This document shows positions 27,080 through 39,227 of a stretch of DNA of 64,000 bases, piece after piece. The notes beneath the pieces are model-generated. The model was given only the letters and a program-made list of their open reading frames with translations. It was not told the origin of the DNA and made no database searches. The DNA is from Octopus vulgaris (Eukaryota): positions 49,786,001 to 49,850,000 of the forward strand of contig OX597823.1 of the NCBI GenBank assembly GCA_951406725.2, read 5' to 3'. Each line of letters begins with the position of its first letter. The first letter of the stretch is position 1. The translations under genes and the position numbers were made by a program.

Positions 27080-28490
27080 AGAAATTTAAAGAAGATACAT
27101 CAGCAATGACATCAATGTCAGCTGGAAAGTCCAATAAGTTACTTGTATCTGACATGGAAAGCTCTCGAAGTGGTCTGCTACGAATGCTTCATATGACATG
27201 GAAAACTGAGCTCTATCAAATTAAATTCTTAATCCAAGCCGTCTATCATACTCCACTAATCCCATCTAATTTGTACTTTCAGAGGAAAACAGATTCAACA
27301 GCTTGCCCTCTCTGCCTGAAGAAAGGGACCTAGGAGTACAGTTTAGCTGCTCTACCAAAAACTTGGGAATGGTTGCTGCTGCTGGCTTCATAACCAAGGT
27401 CTGAAGTCCTTAATGGATACCATCTACTGCCAGATTAGCAGTTGTAAGAGCTTCTACCCAGTGAAAACCACCATTCCTTTCATCAAGGCTAGAATAAAGC
27501 TAGAATCAACCACCAGGATCACATTCTCTGATCTGCAACCAATGGCACAAGACAAGGAATTGAAAGCTGATCTGGAAAAGTACCTGACGTTTATAGAAAC
27601 TGATTCCACACCTCAATAAGGTTATACATGGTGCTGATCTCAGAAACTTCCAAAGAGGTCGTCTTATTTGAATTTGCTGTTCATGAGGCGGATCACGTTG
27701 AAGAAGCTAAGGTGATGAGGAGGGTAAAGTATACTGAGCTGGGGAATACCAAAGCAATAGATGACTGGGAAGTTACTAACTCATTGAAAGAGTTCACAGG
27801 CCAGTACCTCAAGTGTTCCAAAAACAAGCTGGGCTTCATATGGACTTGTAACAGGATCTAGAATCGGTATCACTGGAGGGGTGTCCGATCCGATCACGTC
27901 ACATTCAATTTAGTTAAATATAACAGACGAAGTCAGGTTATCTGGGAAAGACAGCAAATGTTGTTTATTACTTGTGATGATATAGATCTGGTGTACGTAT
28001 TTCTGAGGGGAACCGACAGCCGTATCTGTTGTACTGCTTCTTGTTGGTTGGTCGAAGTGATTCAATGTGGTCCACTGCTAAGTCGGTGCGTAGTCCTCAG
28101 AGACTGCCAATACACGTCTGTTCACAAGAGCTGCTAGGGCCAGAGAGGCTGAGTGAGTGGACGGTGTTTTAGGGGTCAGTTTCCCGCACATGCGCATGGG
28201 GAAGACTTCCGGTGGTCACCCGGAAGTAGTCCCATTCTGTGCATGTGCGCTGAACCTTACACAGCAGCATCACTACAGACTAGTAGGCAAAGGAATATCT
28301 GTGGATATCCACAGATGACTGTGGATCGAGTAATTAGAGTTATAAATGGAATAGTTCCAAATAAACATAAGCTGAGACTTGGTCAATACTGACTAGCTCA
28401 CTTGGGTGAAAGTGTTTAATTATCAAAATATCTTAAATACTTCAGTTAACATCAATAATGATATGCACAGGTACATCACTTGATGATGGA
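27080..28490 (+). mobile_element. Decayed HERO-like RLE non-LTR retrotransposon 3' part, interrupted by an insertion
   Basis: IKFLIQAVY..PSNL..CPLC..KGT zinc knuckle, MVLISETSKEVVLFE..VEEA..KY RLE motif; 3' UTR ending GGTACATCACTTGATGATG. Confidence 0.7.
27874..28261 (-). mobile_element. Candidate solo LTR
   Basis: CpG-rich ~390-bp insert with TG...CA ends (TGTAAGG/CCCTCCA on minus) and AATAAA on minus; no TSD found. Confidence 0.45.
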
Positions 28491-28509
28491 TGTAAAAAAA
28501 TAAATGCAC

Positions 28510-28750
28510 CCTTTTTAAAGCTTAGCCAGGCTCATGGGCCCGGTTTCCCAGTTTCTATGGCGTATGTGTTCCCCAGCTGGATGGGACGCCAGTCCATTGC
28601 AGCATTACTCATTTTTACTAGCTGAGTGGACTGGAGCAATATGAAATGAAGTGTTTTTGTTCAAAAATACGTGTCGCCCAGTCCTGGAATTGAAACCACA
28701 ATGTTACGATCATGATGCTGACACCCTAACCATTAAGCCACGTGCCTCCA
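28510..28750 (-). mobile_element. tRNA-headed SINE (body B + tail 2)
   Basis: Homologous to 52690-52940. Confidence 0.78.
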
Positions 28751-28987
28751 TGATGATGGATGTAGATAAAATAAAAGTAAAGAATCTGAAAAAAAAAAAT
28801 TATGTGTTCAATTTAATACTCAACACAATTATTAACCCTTTACTTGGGAGATTTCAGCAGTTACAAAGTCTAAATAAGACACAAGAGCTTTTAAATAACA
28901 TGCAAGACTTACCAGATTAAATAAACTGAGAATTTATTTCAAACTTTGAAGAAAAACTTAAGGGACCAAGAAAATAGTGATATTAAT

Positions 28988-29220
28988 GGACCCTCTAGCA
29001 TTTAAACTGGCCATATCCAGCTCAAATATCATACTTGTTTTATGTTCAAATCAGTCAGATCTAGTCTCACATACATACTCTACAATGTCATTCTAAAAAC
29101 AAACAATAAACAATACATCATCAAAATTTCAAAGCTATGAAATGATTCGTGATTAATTCCAAACAGTGTGAATAAATAAGCATTTCATTTGACAGAGTAA
29201 TCTGAATGCTAAAGGGTTAA
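28988..29220. mobile_element. piggyBac-type MITE
   Basis: CCCTCTAGCATT ... AATGCTAAAGGG|TTAA; inverted copy at 45371-45563. Confidence 0.6.
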
Positions 29221-29539
29221 CTGAACAGGATATTGTAAGAGAATTATTTCCAGAAGTAAATCTTCTGATAGAAGCTCCTAGACTCATCAAGAGTAATAAG
29301 TTACAGGCTGTCATGCTCAACTTGTAGGTTGCATTAAGAATTTAAGCTTATGTTATCTATTACAGTGGCCACAAGAAAGAGAAGATTTAGTAAACCAAAG
29401 CTTATAAAAACATTTGTTACGACCAGTCGTGACATGAGACAGATTAAATTCTTTGGTGTTACGTTGTTTGTCAACATAAAACAACATTGTAGAAAAACAG
29501 ATAGAGAAAGTTCTAAGAAAGCATTTATCTTTTATTATC

Positions 29540-29740
29540 GGTTATCTTTTACTTGGTTCAGTCGTTGGACTGCAGCCATGCTGGGGCATTGCCTTGAAAG
29601 GTTTTAGTTAAGCAATTTGACCTCAGTACTTATTTATTTTTAAATCTGGGACTTATTCTCTTAGTCGTTTTTGCTTAGTTATGGAGATGTAAGCAAATAC
29701 TGATTGCCAAGTCGGTGATAAAGGGGACAAACACAGAACA
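29540..29740 (-). mobile_element. SINE 3' half
   Basis: Reverse family tail. Confidence 0.7.
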
Positions 29741-29786
29741 CAGATATAAGGAGAGAGAGAGAAAGAGAGAAAGAGAGAGACACACA

Positions 29787-29824
<38 letters not shown>

Positions 29825-29828
<4 letters not shown>

Positions 29829-30253
29829 ATGTAGGCAGCAATGTGCAATATAGACCAAAAAGGAAAAATTCAGTTACCTAATTGTGACTTAGGGTGCTGA
29901 GTAGCACCTATATTGCTAGAAATAAGAGATAAAAATCTTAGATTTGCAAGGAAGCACATTTTCATACACTGACAGGGGAGATAATCACCCCATATGAGAA
30001 ACCAGAATCACTGGACTAGACTAATTTCATCTGTAAATTGTAGACTTGTCAGCAGTGACTACTCCATCGCCAAATGGCTTAGCTAAGTCCAGACTGTCAG
30101 TACATTTATTTACCATATAAATTTATGGATAAGTAAGCAAAATGCTAATGAGAAAATTATGAAACAACGTAGGCAGCTATACTCAATATAAAACCCAAAA
30201 GGAAAACTTCAATTGTCTCTAATTGCGACAGAGGGTGTTGGGTAGCACATATT
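29825..30253 (-). mobile_element. Penelope-like/retrozyme-like element with ~88-bp direct repeats and central hammerhead (30006-30060)
   Basis: 29826-29912 is similar to 30163-30251; agtcactg CTGACAA gtct..agat GAAA ttagtctaGTC cagtgatt; homolog at 36290-36560. Confidence 0.65.
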
Positions 30254-30276
30254 TATTATTATATATATATATATAT

Positions 30277-30400
30277 AATCAAAATAAGCAACAAGGATAT
30301 CCAGAGTTAATGCAGTATGCTCGTTTCATGCAACTCCATGGAATTGCATGAAACAATAGTACTGCATTACCTCTGGATATCCTTGTTGCTTATTTTGATT
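30277..30400. repeat. 124-bp near-perfect palindrome
   Basis: Centred on TCCA|TGGA at 30338/9; arms complementary with a few mismatches. Confidence 0.92.
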
Positions 30401-30481
30401 TTAATCACCGTACTTTGAAATTGTATGGATAATACCGTACTAAATTCTGGTGCCTCAACTTAAGTACCATATTCATCTGAA

Positions 30482-30515
<34 letters not shown>

Positions 30516-30521
<6 letters not shown>

Positions 30522-30775
30522 CATTTCCTTCTAAGATGAATTCCTCCTTTTGAGTTGTTGATACAGAAAAGACAACACCAGATAACATTTCCACATGCAA
30601 GGCAAATTTCTCTCCTAGGAAATTCATGATTTCAACAGTATTGCCTTTAATCAATACCACAATGCTGATTACAAAATGGACATAAACAAACTTCATCTTA
30701 TAACAAAACATTTTGGTCACACCTTTTTATCCTATTTTCAGTATAAATACAAACAGTATGCATAGTGGCACCAAG
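30516..30775 (-). pseudogene. RPL9: 60S ribosomal protein L9 pseudogene fragment (probably processed)
   Basis: TMHTVC..ENRI(fs)GVTK..YKMKFVYVHF..GNTVEIMNFLGEK..VSTTQKEEFILEGNDI matches eukaryotic uL6/RPL9; frameshift and substitutions, no intron. Confidence 0.85.
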
Positions 30776-31210
30776 CGTCTTTCAGTTTTGTCTACCAAAT
30801 CCACTCACAAGGTTTTGATCAGTCTGGGGCTATAGTAGAAGAATTTACATAGTGGGACTGAACCTGAAACCACATGATTATTAAGCAAGCTTCCTATCCT
30901 CACAGCCAAGTCTGCACAGACGTAAAGTCAAGAAAAATACTTTAGCTTGTTTACAGCATCTGTTCTTCTTTATTTCATTAAATCATTAAGAAAATATTTG
31001 TTACATCTACAGTGGATCAATGGCACCTTTCAGATTTTTTTCTTTCTCACCTTAGCTTTTCTGAGTATTTATAACAGAAATGTGCTAAAATCAATGGCAA
31101 TAATGTAGTCAGACACTCTCTCTCTCTCTCTCTAAACACTTTAATTCTATATTTTGCAACTTTACCTCATTGTGAAATTTTTAAAAAATTGTGTTTAGAT
31201 CTCATATATA

Positions 31211-31377
31211 GGTATGGGCATGGCTGTATGGTAGGAAGTTTGCTTTCCAACCACATAATTCCAGGTTCAGTCCCACTGTGTGTTACTTTGGGCAAGTATC
31301 TTCTACGATAGCCTCAGGCCAGCCAAAGCCTCATGAGTGGATTCGGTTGACAGGAACTGAAAGAAGCCTATCATATG

Positions 31378-31411
<34 letters not shown>

Positions 31412-31640
31412 TTGTCTTTGTGTTTGTGTTTGCCCCCCACCACTGCTTGACAACTGGTGTCGGTGTGTTTACATCCCTGTGACTTAGTGGTTTGGCAAAT
31501 GAGACTGGTAGAATGAGTACCTAGCTGAGAAAAGAAGTATTGAAGTTGATTCATTTGACTAAAATTCTTCAAGGTGGTGCCCCAGCTTGGCCACAGTATA
31601 ATGACTAAACAAGCAAAAGAATGAAGGACAAAAGATAAAA
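31211..31640 (+). mobile_element. Full-length SINE (8121 family), older copy
   Basis: Head, core and tail homologous. Confidence 0.8.
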
Positions 31641-31850
31641 CAGGGCCTTGAAAATCAGTTTATTCAAATAACATTAACCCCCAGAGCCAACCCTAATATC
31701 ATGTTTCTTTGTTTCTTTGTGAGTTTGTTTGTTTGTTTGTTTGTATGTTCTTCTTTCTCTTTTTAATTTTAGAGTAAATTCTGACCAGCCACCTACTTGG
31801 TAGCAAGGTTGTGAAAGAAAGCATCTTGTTTTGACCATCATCCTTTAAAT

Positions 31851-32161
31851 CAGTGGTTCCCAAAGTGGGCAGTATTGCCCCTCTGAGGGTGGTGAAAAGT
31901 TCCAAGGGGTCATTGAAGAAAAGTGGGGCGATAATGGGGGTAGCGATTCATGTAAAAAGTGGGGTGATAATGGGGTAGCGATTCGTGTAAAAGCAACAAA
32001 ATAATGGGTTCATTAGATTAAGTTTTGTTTGTGAAATACAGTTGCTTTGAATTTGCTTCGGAAAGAGGTCTATGTTTTTGATGGTTAGTTGGGATGAGGG
32101 CACTAGGAATGTGGCCTGGGTGTCAAGGGGATGGCAGCCTGAAAACATTTGGGTGCCACTG
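31851..32161. mobile_element. hAT (Charlie-like) MITE with 8-bp TSD
   Basis: CAGTGGTTCCCAAA ... TTTGGGTGCCACTG; TSD CTTTAAAT/TTTTAAAT; internal ~35-bp duplication. Confidence 0.82.
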
Positions 32162-33779
32162 TTTTAAATCTGAGGGTCTTGCAGATTTTTATAGTCCTAG
32201 ATATTGTGATCATTTGTAGCATATGGATTGATACATATCATTTGTGGTATATGGGTTGGTATGTATCCTGTTGCTCCAATAATAATAGGCATGAAGCTGT
32301 AAGTGTATCTTGGGTACTGGATTTACAAGTTCCTTATCAATGGTCCATAGATATCCTATTTCCCTTGTATGCATGAATGTGCCCTGGGTATGACTTTATA
32401 CTGTGTCTGGTAATGAAGCCCTGGTTTGGTAGCTCAAGAGTTTCAAGAAATAGGGAAACCATCCCTCAGCCACTATTATTCCCAGATCTACTCTGATCTA
32501 GAGTAGTAACACCTGTCAGGGTTCCAGTTATGAGTTAATTAGCATATAAAGGTTTACTTACCTAGGCATTTGAGGACTGGATCTCACAGAGATTGTGGAT
32601 GAAATCTTCATGATTCAACTGAGGAAAAACGTGGCTTCAGCAATGCACTGCAGAGTGCAGAGATCAAGATGAAACAAATAGGACATCCTTGTCATCCACT
32701 ACAATTGTCTTCCTTTCCAGTCACTTGATCTGGTCTTGCCACTGGATTAATGATGGTTACAGATGAGAAAATGAGGTTGATCATGTGCAATTCTTCTCCA
32801 CTTTAAACTAAGTCACCACTCAAGTAATCATCCTTAAGGGTGACTAGTTAGTTTTCATCACTCCAATGTATGGACATGATGTATGTATACAATGTATACA
32901 CCTATGCGTGTATGTATGTATGTATGTATGTATGTATGTATGTATCATCATCATCATCATTAATGTCCATCTTCCATGCTGGCACAGGTTAGACAGTTTG
33001 ACAGGAGCCGGCAAACCAGAGGGCTGCATCAGGCTCCAGTTGTCTGTTTTGCCATGGTTTCTATGGTTGGATGCCCTTCCTAAAGCCAACCACTTTACAG
33101 AGTGTGTTGGATGCTTTTTACGTGGCACCAGCACAGGTGCTTTTTATGTATGTGTGCAGATATGTATATACATATATACAAATGCACATATGTATATATG
33201 TGTGTAGATAGATAGGTAGAGATACCTGTCACCCTTGGCCTAGTGATTTGGATGCCCAGCTCATGGTTATAAAGTTGTGGTATCACTTACTGGACTAGGC
33301 AGCTGGTTGTGTTCTTGAACAAGATACTTCATTTCACATTGCTGTAATCTACTCAACAACAAATGGGTGTCAACCAGAGTGCTGGTATGGCCCTCTTTAC
33401 TTGCAGCTGTCATGTCCTGGGTCATTAGTGAGGATACCATTAGGACATCTATGTCTGCTTGTGATTACATAAGTGCTAAAACCAATCAGAGAAAGTCTGG
33501 TACATGTTACCATGCAATGTCACCATGCCATATTCACTCATTACTGTTTATATGTATATTTAGATGACTAACCTGAGAAGATGACAACCAAACAGTAGTA
33601 ACAATTAGCGCATATTCTATTTTAGATTGGATGCCTTCCTGAAAGTTTACTAAAACTAATCAGCAGGCATGTCTGTGGAGTTAAGAAGCCTGCTTTGTAA
33701 CTACATGATTTTCAGTTCAGTCCCATTGTTTGGCATCTTGAAAAAGTGTCTCCAACAATAGCTCCAGGCTTATCAATAC

Positions 33780-34200
33780 CATGGGACTGAAAAAAGCACT
33801 CATGCTAGCATTGTATAAAAAGCACCTGTGCTGGTGCCACATGAAAAGCACTGGTGCCACATGAAAAGCACTCATGCCAGAGCCATGTAAAAAGCACATA
33901 TGCTAGTGCCACATAAAAACACATGGCATTTGTGCTGGCGCCACGTGAAAAGCACTGATGCTAGTGCTATGTATGGAGCATTCCTGCTGGTGCCATGTAA
34001 TAGCACTAATACTGGTGCCATGCAAAAAGCTCCCAGTACATTCTGTAAAGTGGTCAGCATTAGAAAGAGAATCCAGCTGTAGAAATCATTCCAAAACAAA
34101 CAACTGGAACCTAGTGCAGCCCTCCGGCTTGCCAGCTCCTGTCAAATTGTCCAACCCATGCCAGCATGGAAAAACAGACGTTAAATGATGACAAGGATGA
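33780..34200 (+). mobile_element. Minisatellite-containing non-autonomous retroelement
   Basis: TGGTGCCACATGAAAAGCAC units followed by the family tail. Confidence 0.7.
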
Positions 34201-34267
34201 GGACGATATTATCAAATAGACTCCAAAAAGGCTGATGTTGGTCTAAGCTGGCAAGATTTGTATTATA

Positions 34268-34500
34268 AGGTGACAAGCTGGCAGAATCGTTAGCATGCCG
34301 GGCAAAATGCTTAGCAGTATTTCGTCTGCCGCTACGTTCTGAGTTCAAATTCTGCCAAGGTCGACTTTGCCTTTCATCTTTTCGGGGTCGATAAATTAAG
34401 TACCAGTTATACACTGGGTCGATATAATTGACTTAATACCGTTGTCTGTCCTTGTTTGTCTCCTCTATGTCTAACCCCTTGTGGGCAAAAAAGAAATAAG
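34268..34500 (+). mobile_element. Full-length Nin/Deu-domain-like SINE with Tx1-like tail
   Basis: GGTCGACTTTGCCTTTCATCTTTTCGGGGTCGATAAATTAAGTACCAG core. Confidence 0.82.
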
Positions 34501-34994
34501 ATTTGTATTATTTAGTAAAACTGATAAAACAGAGTTCAGTGAACTTGCTATGAAGAATGGGAAAGCCAGAGTTTCAGAGACTTTCTTCTGAGAAAAGTTG
34601 AAAGGAGAGGAATTAATGAGAGAAAGTAGAATTTTACATCCTCTATGTTAAAAAACACTGTGTGTGTATGTGCCTTTCAGTTTGTTCCTACCCCACTGCT
34701 AGACAACCAGTATTGGTTTGTTTACATCCCTGCATCTTAGCAGTTAAACAAAAGATACCAATATAAGAAGTACTGAACTTGTAAAAAAAAAAGAAGCTCT
34801 GCAATTGATTTGTTTGATAAACCCTTCAAACAGGTGCTCCGTCATGGCCTCAGTCCAAAGACTGAAACAGGTAAATGGTGACAGGTAAACGGGAAGGCCA
34901 CAATAAAAATAACACAAGTTACATGTAGGGGATGAGAAAATAGGAGGAACATTTAAGACTGTTAGGGAGTGTGTCTAGTAAATGGTATAAGGGA

Positions 34995-35230
34995 GCCTCT
35001 TTGTAGTCATTTAACCTGCTAGAAATAGCAGTCAAATCTCGTCAAAATCCCATCCTAACATCTTAAATTCAGAAGGATACATTGGATGATATAATCCCTG
35101 ATATACAAAAAGACCAATATTCTCATGACTGGCATAGAGCTTTTATCGTAGGTCTGATCAATCAGAGCTGAAATGATGCCAGCAGCAGCAGCAGCGGTAG
35201 CAGCTGCTGCAACAACAACAACAACAACAG
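34995..35230 (+). mobile_element. Interspersed repeat family (also 21520-21745, 56545-56755)
   Basis: Shared CTGCTAGAAATAGCAGCCAAAT..CAAATCAC motif and (CAA)n-like end. Confidence 0.55.
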
Positions 35231-35930
35231 CATAGTATCTAACTGTTCTGTTTAAAGTTATGTAGATTAACTAAGAGCTGAAGATAACACAATAGAATAT
35301 ATTTATTATCATCGTTTGGTTCCAGGTATGGCATATCTGAGATTTATGTTTGAACAAATCATATCTGAAAGAATAATACAATGAAATATTGGTTAGTTTT
35401 GGAAAATTTATCTAAGAGATTACTATTGATATGTGAAAGTATCAATATTATATAAAGATTCTACTGTTCGTGTATTTTGTATTATGAGAAGAATTTATGT
35501 TATGATGCTCAGAGAGAAAGCTTCCAGTATTTTAGATAAAGCTGTGTATTCTGATATTTTATTAGTTCAGACAATGCTGAAAATCTTCATTTGATTAAAA
35601 ATGTAGTTTCACACAGTTGTTGCTGTCCAAAGAAGAAAAGACATTCTTAGAACCACTTTCTTGAAGAATAAATTTTCTGTTGTTCTCATATTTGGCTGAT
35701 AATTGATATGTGATGCTGCAACAATACATAATAAACAGTGATAAAGAGTATTTTTGCTGTTGTTGTTGCTGTTGTTGTTATTACAAACGGCTGGCACCTT
35801 AAGCAATAGTCTTCTACTATAGTCTCAGGCTGACCAATTCTTTGTGAGAGGAGTTTGATTGATGGATACTCTGCAGAAGCCAGTTTTGTATACATACATA
35901 CATACATACATACATACATACATACATACA

Positions 35931-35961
<31 letters not shown>

Positions 35962-36289
35962 TACCTCTACTCAGCCATCAACTAGTGTAAAACTACCACC
36001 ACCCTCACTACAACTCCTTCCTCCCAACAGAGTGGGTTTTTGTCTTGCAAGCAACTCAGTAACCATGTAGTTGCTGGTGCCATGTAAGAAACAGCCAGTA
36101 CACTCTGTAAACTGTTGACATTAGGAAAAGTATCCAGCTGTAGAAACCATACCAAACTAGAAAATAGAACTTAGTTCAGCCCCTGGTCTTACCAGCTCTT
36201 GTCAAACCATCCAACTTCTGCCAGCATGGAAAATGGACATTAAATGAGATGGTGATGATGACGATCATCACACACACACACACACATAC

Positions 36290-36560
36290 TCCAGTGACAG
36301 AGCGGCCACTACTGGTGAACTTGTAATTTTCAAGTGAAACTTGACTAGTATAATGATCACAATAGCTGTGGGATGGTTATCTCCCCTGTCAGTATATGAA
36401 ACTGTCCTTTCTTGCAGCTCTAAGGGTTTTTAACTCTAAGGGTTGTAACTCTTATTTCTAGCAATATATGTGCTACCTGCCACCCTCAGTCACAATTAAT
36501 GACAATCAAACGTTTCCTTTTCGGTTTTATATTGTGTATAGCTGCCTTCATTATTTTATA
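36290..36560 (+). mobile_element. Homolog of the 29825 element with hammerhead motif at 36304-36358
   Basis: ggccacta CTGGTGA acttg-taatttt-caagt GAAAC ttgacta GTA taatgatc. Confidence 0.62.
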
Positions 36561-36606
36561 TATGAGATCATCATCTTCCAATCTTCCATCTTCTGTCTTT
36601 CATTTA

Positions 36607-36649
<43 letters not shown>

Positions 36650-37509
36650 TACATACATACATACATACATACATACATACATACATACATACATACATAC
36701 ATACATACATACATACATACATGCATATATCATAAAAAGACATCACAAAAACTGTTACTCAAAGTTTCACATTCCTGTTTGGCAGACAGTTTTGGTTTAG
36801 AATGGAACAAAATATGGCTATATGCATAAATATACAATTACTTATTTATACATATACTAATTTAAGTGTACAGTATTATATATCCAAATAATATATACCA
36901 ATCGGTTTTGCACTAGGGATTCAACAGAGTGTTAGGTAACAGTCCAGTTATGTAACCCTGTGCTCATCAGAGGTATATATATATATATATGTACAATGGA
37001 TTTCCTTCAGTTTCTTCTTACTAGGTCCACTCACAAGACTTGCCCAAAGTGTCCTGTGCCCTGCAATGGGACTGATCTCTAAACCACGTAGATGGGAAGC
37101 TTGCTTTTTAATCACACAGCACCTATAAATCCTGTTTGGAAAAAAGATAGGTTGGTTATGAATGGCTAAAATGCTTTTGATCATTGGCCTAGGGTTAAAG
37201 AAAACACGTGTACCAAATACCTGGGAAAAAAAAAGAAACAGATTTTACGTAAAGTTGCCAAATTGTAATAGAAAACATTGGTTTCGGTTCAGACATATGC
37301 AGGATGTTAATCAACAGCAATGATAGCTGTCTAGAAATGTATTTCCTTTCCTCAGGGAGTTGATATTATAAGACATGTAAATGATATATAATGCCTTCAA
37401 TGGGAGAAGATATTCTCGAAATGGGAAAAAAAAAATTTGAGAAAAATAAAAAAATAAAGGCATCTATAAAAATATACAAAATATTGGAAAGTAACCATGT
37501 TTAATATTA

Positions 37510-37738
37510 TATGACGACCACCACCATCACCCCACCACCATCACCACCACTGCTGCTGAGATTGTCACCACCACCGCCTCCGCCACCACCACCTCCTCCG
37601 CCACCACCACCGCCTCCGCCACCACCACCGCTGCCGCCACCACCATCACGTTACCATCACTGCTACCACCATTGCCATAATCACCACTGCTGTCATCATC
37701 ATCACCACCATCACCACAAATAACAACAGCAACAGCAA
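37510..37738. repeat. (CCA/CCG/CAT)n microsatellite
   Basis: Directly visible. Confidence 0.93.
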
Positions 37739-38469
37739 AATATTGGGTGGAACATTATTCTAATGCAAATATTTCCTCCATGCAGGTAGACTTGGTATTG
37801 TTCTCTGAGACCAAGAACACATTTTCTTTAATCAGAAGTCAATAAGCGAACGTGATAGTTATGAAGAACAATATCGGAAGAGACTGCTTACCACTAGAGC
37901 TGACAGATTCTTGTGCCCAGGGTTAAGTTTAGCATTTGCATCTATATTTACACATTGCCTTTGGTTGTGTAACAATACTGGAATAATTTAGAAGAATAGA
38001 AGAGATTGATTTATGCAATGATTCAATCAAATTGAAGGAATACACACACATACTGAAGGAAATATTAAATGCATATGAATCGAGGCAGACGGAAGAGATA
38101 TACATACATGTATGCAAATGCACATATAAATACACACACCCAAAAAAAGCAAAAACCCAGTGCACATTTATATAGGAAGAGTTTACAAAAAAAACAAAAG
38201 ACGAAGACAGGTGGTGTACAAAACAAACAGATGTATTAGTATAAAGCTCAGGAAAAGAAAAAGTATTTTACATTTCAAGCCTACGCTCTTCTACAGAAAG
38301 AAACACAGAAAAAACAAGGAGAGAAAAAATAATATGTGTAGTGGCTTATATAGCCAGCCACATGTACATATATGTATATGTGGCTGGCTATATAAATGTA
38401 TCAGTACTGATCAAAAAGTATCAGTACTGGCACTATAAAAAGAAGACTACAGCACATATCAATTTGGTA

Positions 38470-38640
38470 TTAAATCTCCTTCAAAATAGTCCCTTTCTGA
38501 AGCTATACACTTTATTTAGCATTGTTCCCACTAAAAGAAGCATTCTAGGAACACCTCTATTTTTGGATAGTGAGAAATTACCTCATTGATTTCTCTTGGA
38601 CTTCTTCAATGTCTTGAAATCTTGTTGATTTAAATTCTCT
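38470..38640 (-). mobile_element. Mariner transposase C-terminal remnant
   Basis: RFQDIEEVQEKSM ... ECFF*W..KCIASERDYFEGD. Confidence 0.7.
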
Positions 38641-38829
38641 GCTCCTGAAATGTCTTTGATTTCCTTAACGTCGTGAAATTTTGTTGATGCAGAATCTTGA
38701 CTCAATTTTCTCTGCTATGGTTATTGCTGGAACCTCTGTGGTGTGGTGAGATGACCATATTCTACACACTCAGCTTCCAAGCACTGCTATAAACAATGGA
38801 AGTGAGCAAGAATATTAGTACTTAGTATA

Positions 38830-38983
38830 GGCGCAGGAGTAGCTTGCTTACCAACCACATGGTTCTGGGTTCAGTCTCACTGCGTGGCACTTTGGGCAAG
38901 TGTCTTCTACTATAGCCTCAGGCTGACCAAAGCCTTGTGAGTGGATTTGGTAGACAGAAACTGAAAGAAGCCCGTCGTATATA

Positions 38984-39016
<33 letters not shown>

Positions 39017-39227
39017 TTGTGTGTCTGTGTTTGTACCCATAACATCACTTGACAACCGATGCTGGTGTGTTTACTTCCCCGTAACTTAGCAGTTCACCAA
39101 AAGAGACCGATAGAATAAGTAGTAGGCTTACATAGAATAAGTCCTGGGGTTGATGTGCTCAACTAAATGCGGTGCCCCAGCATGGCCGCAGTCAAATGAC
39201 TGAAACAAGTAAAAGAGTAAAAGAGTA
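38830..39227 (+). mobile_element. Near-full-length SINE (8121 family)
   Basis: High identity to 8121-8570. Confidence 0.88.

Noticed and set aside
33780-34040. Regular ~22-bp repeats resembling a CRISPR array (also 9170-9380, 61600-61820)
   Set aside because: Degenerate tandem units without unique spacers, no cas genes, eukaryotic retroelement context
37511-37723. Poly-proline ORF (formin/extensin-like)
   Set aside because: CCA/CCG microsatellite with no flanking coding context
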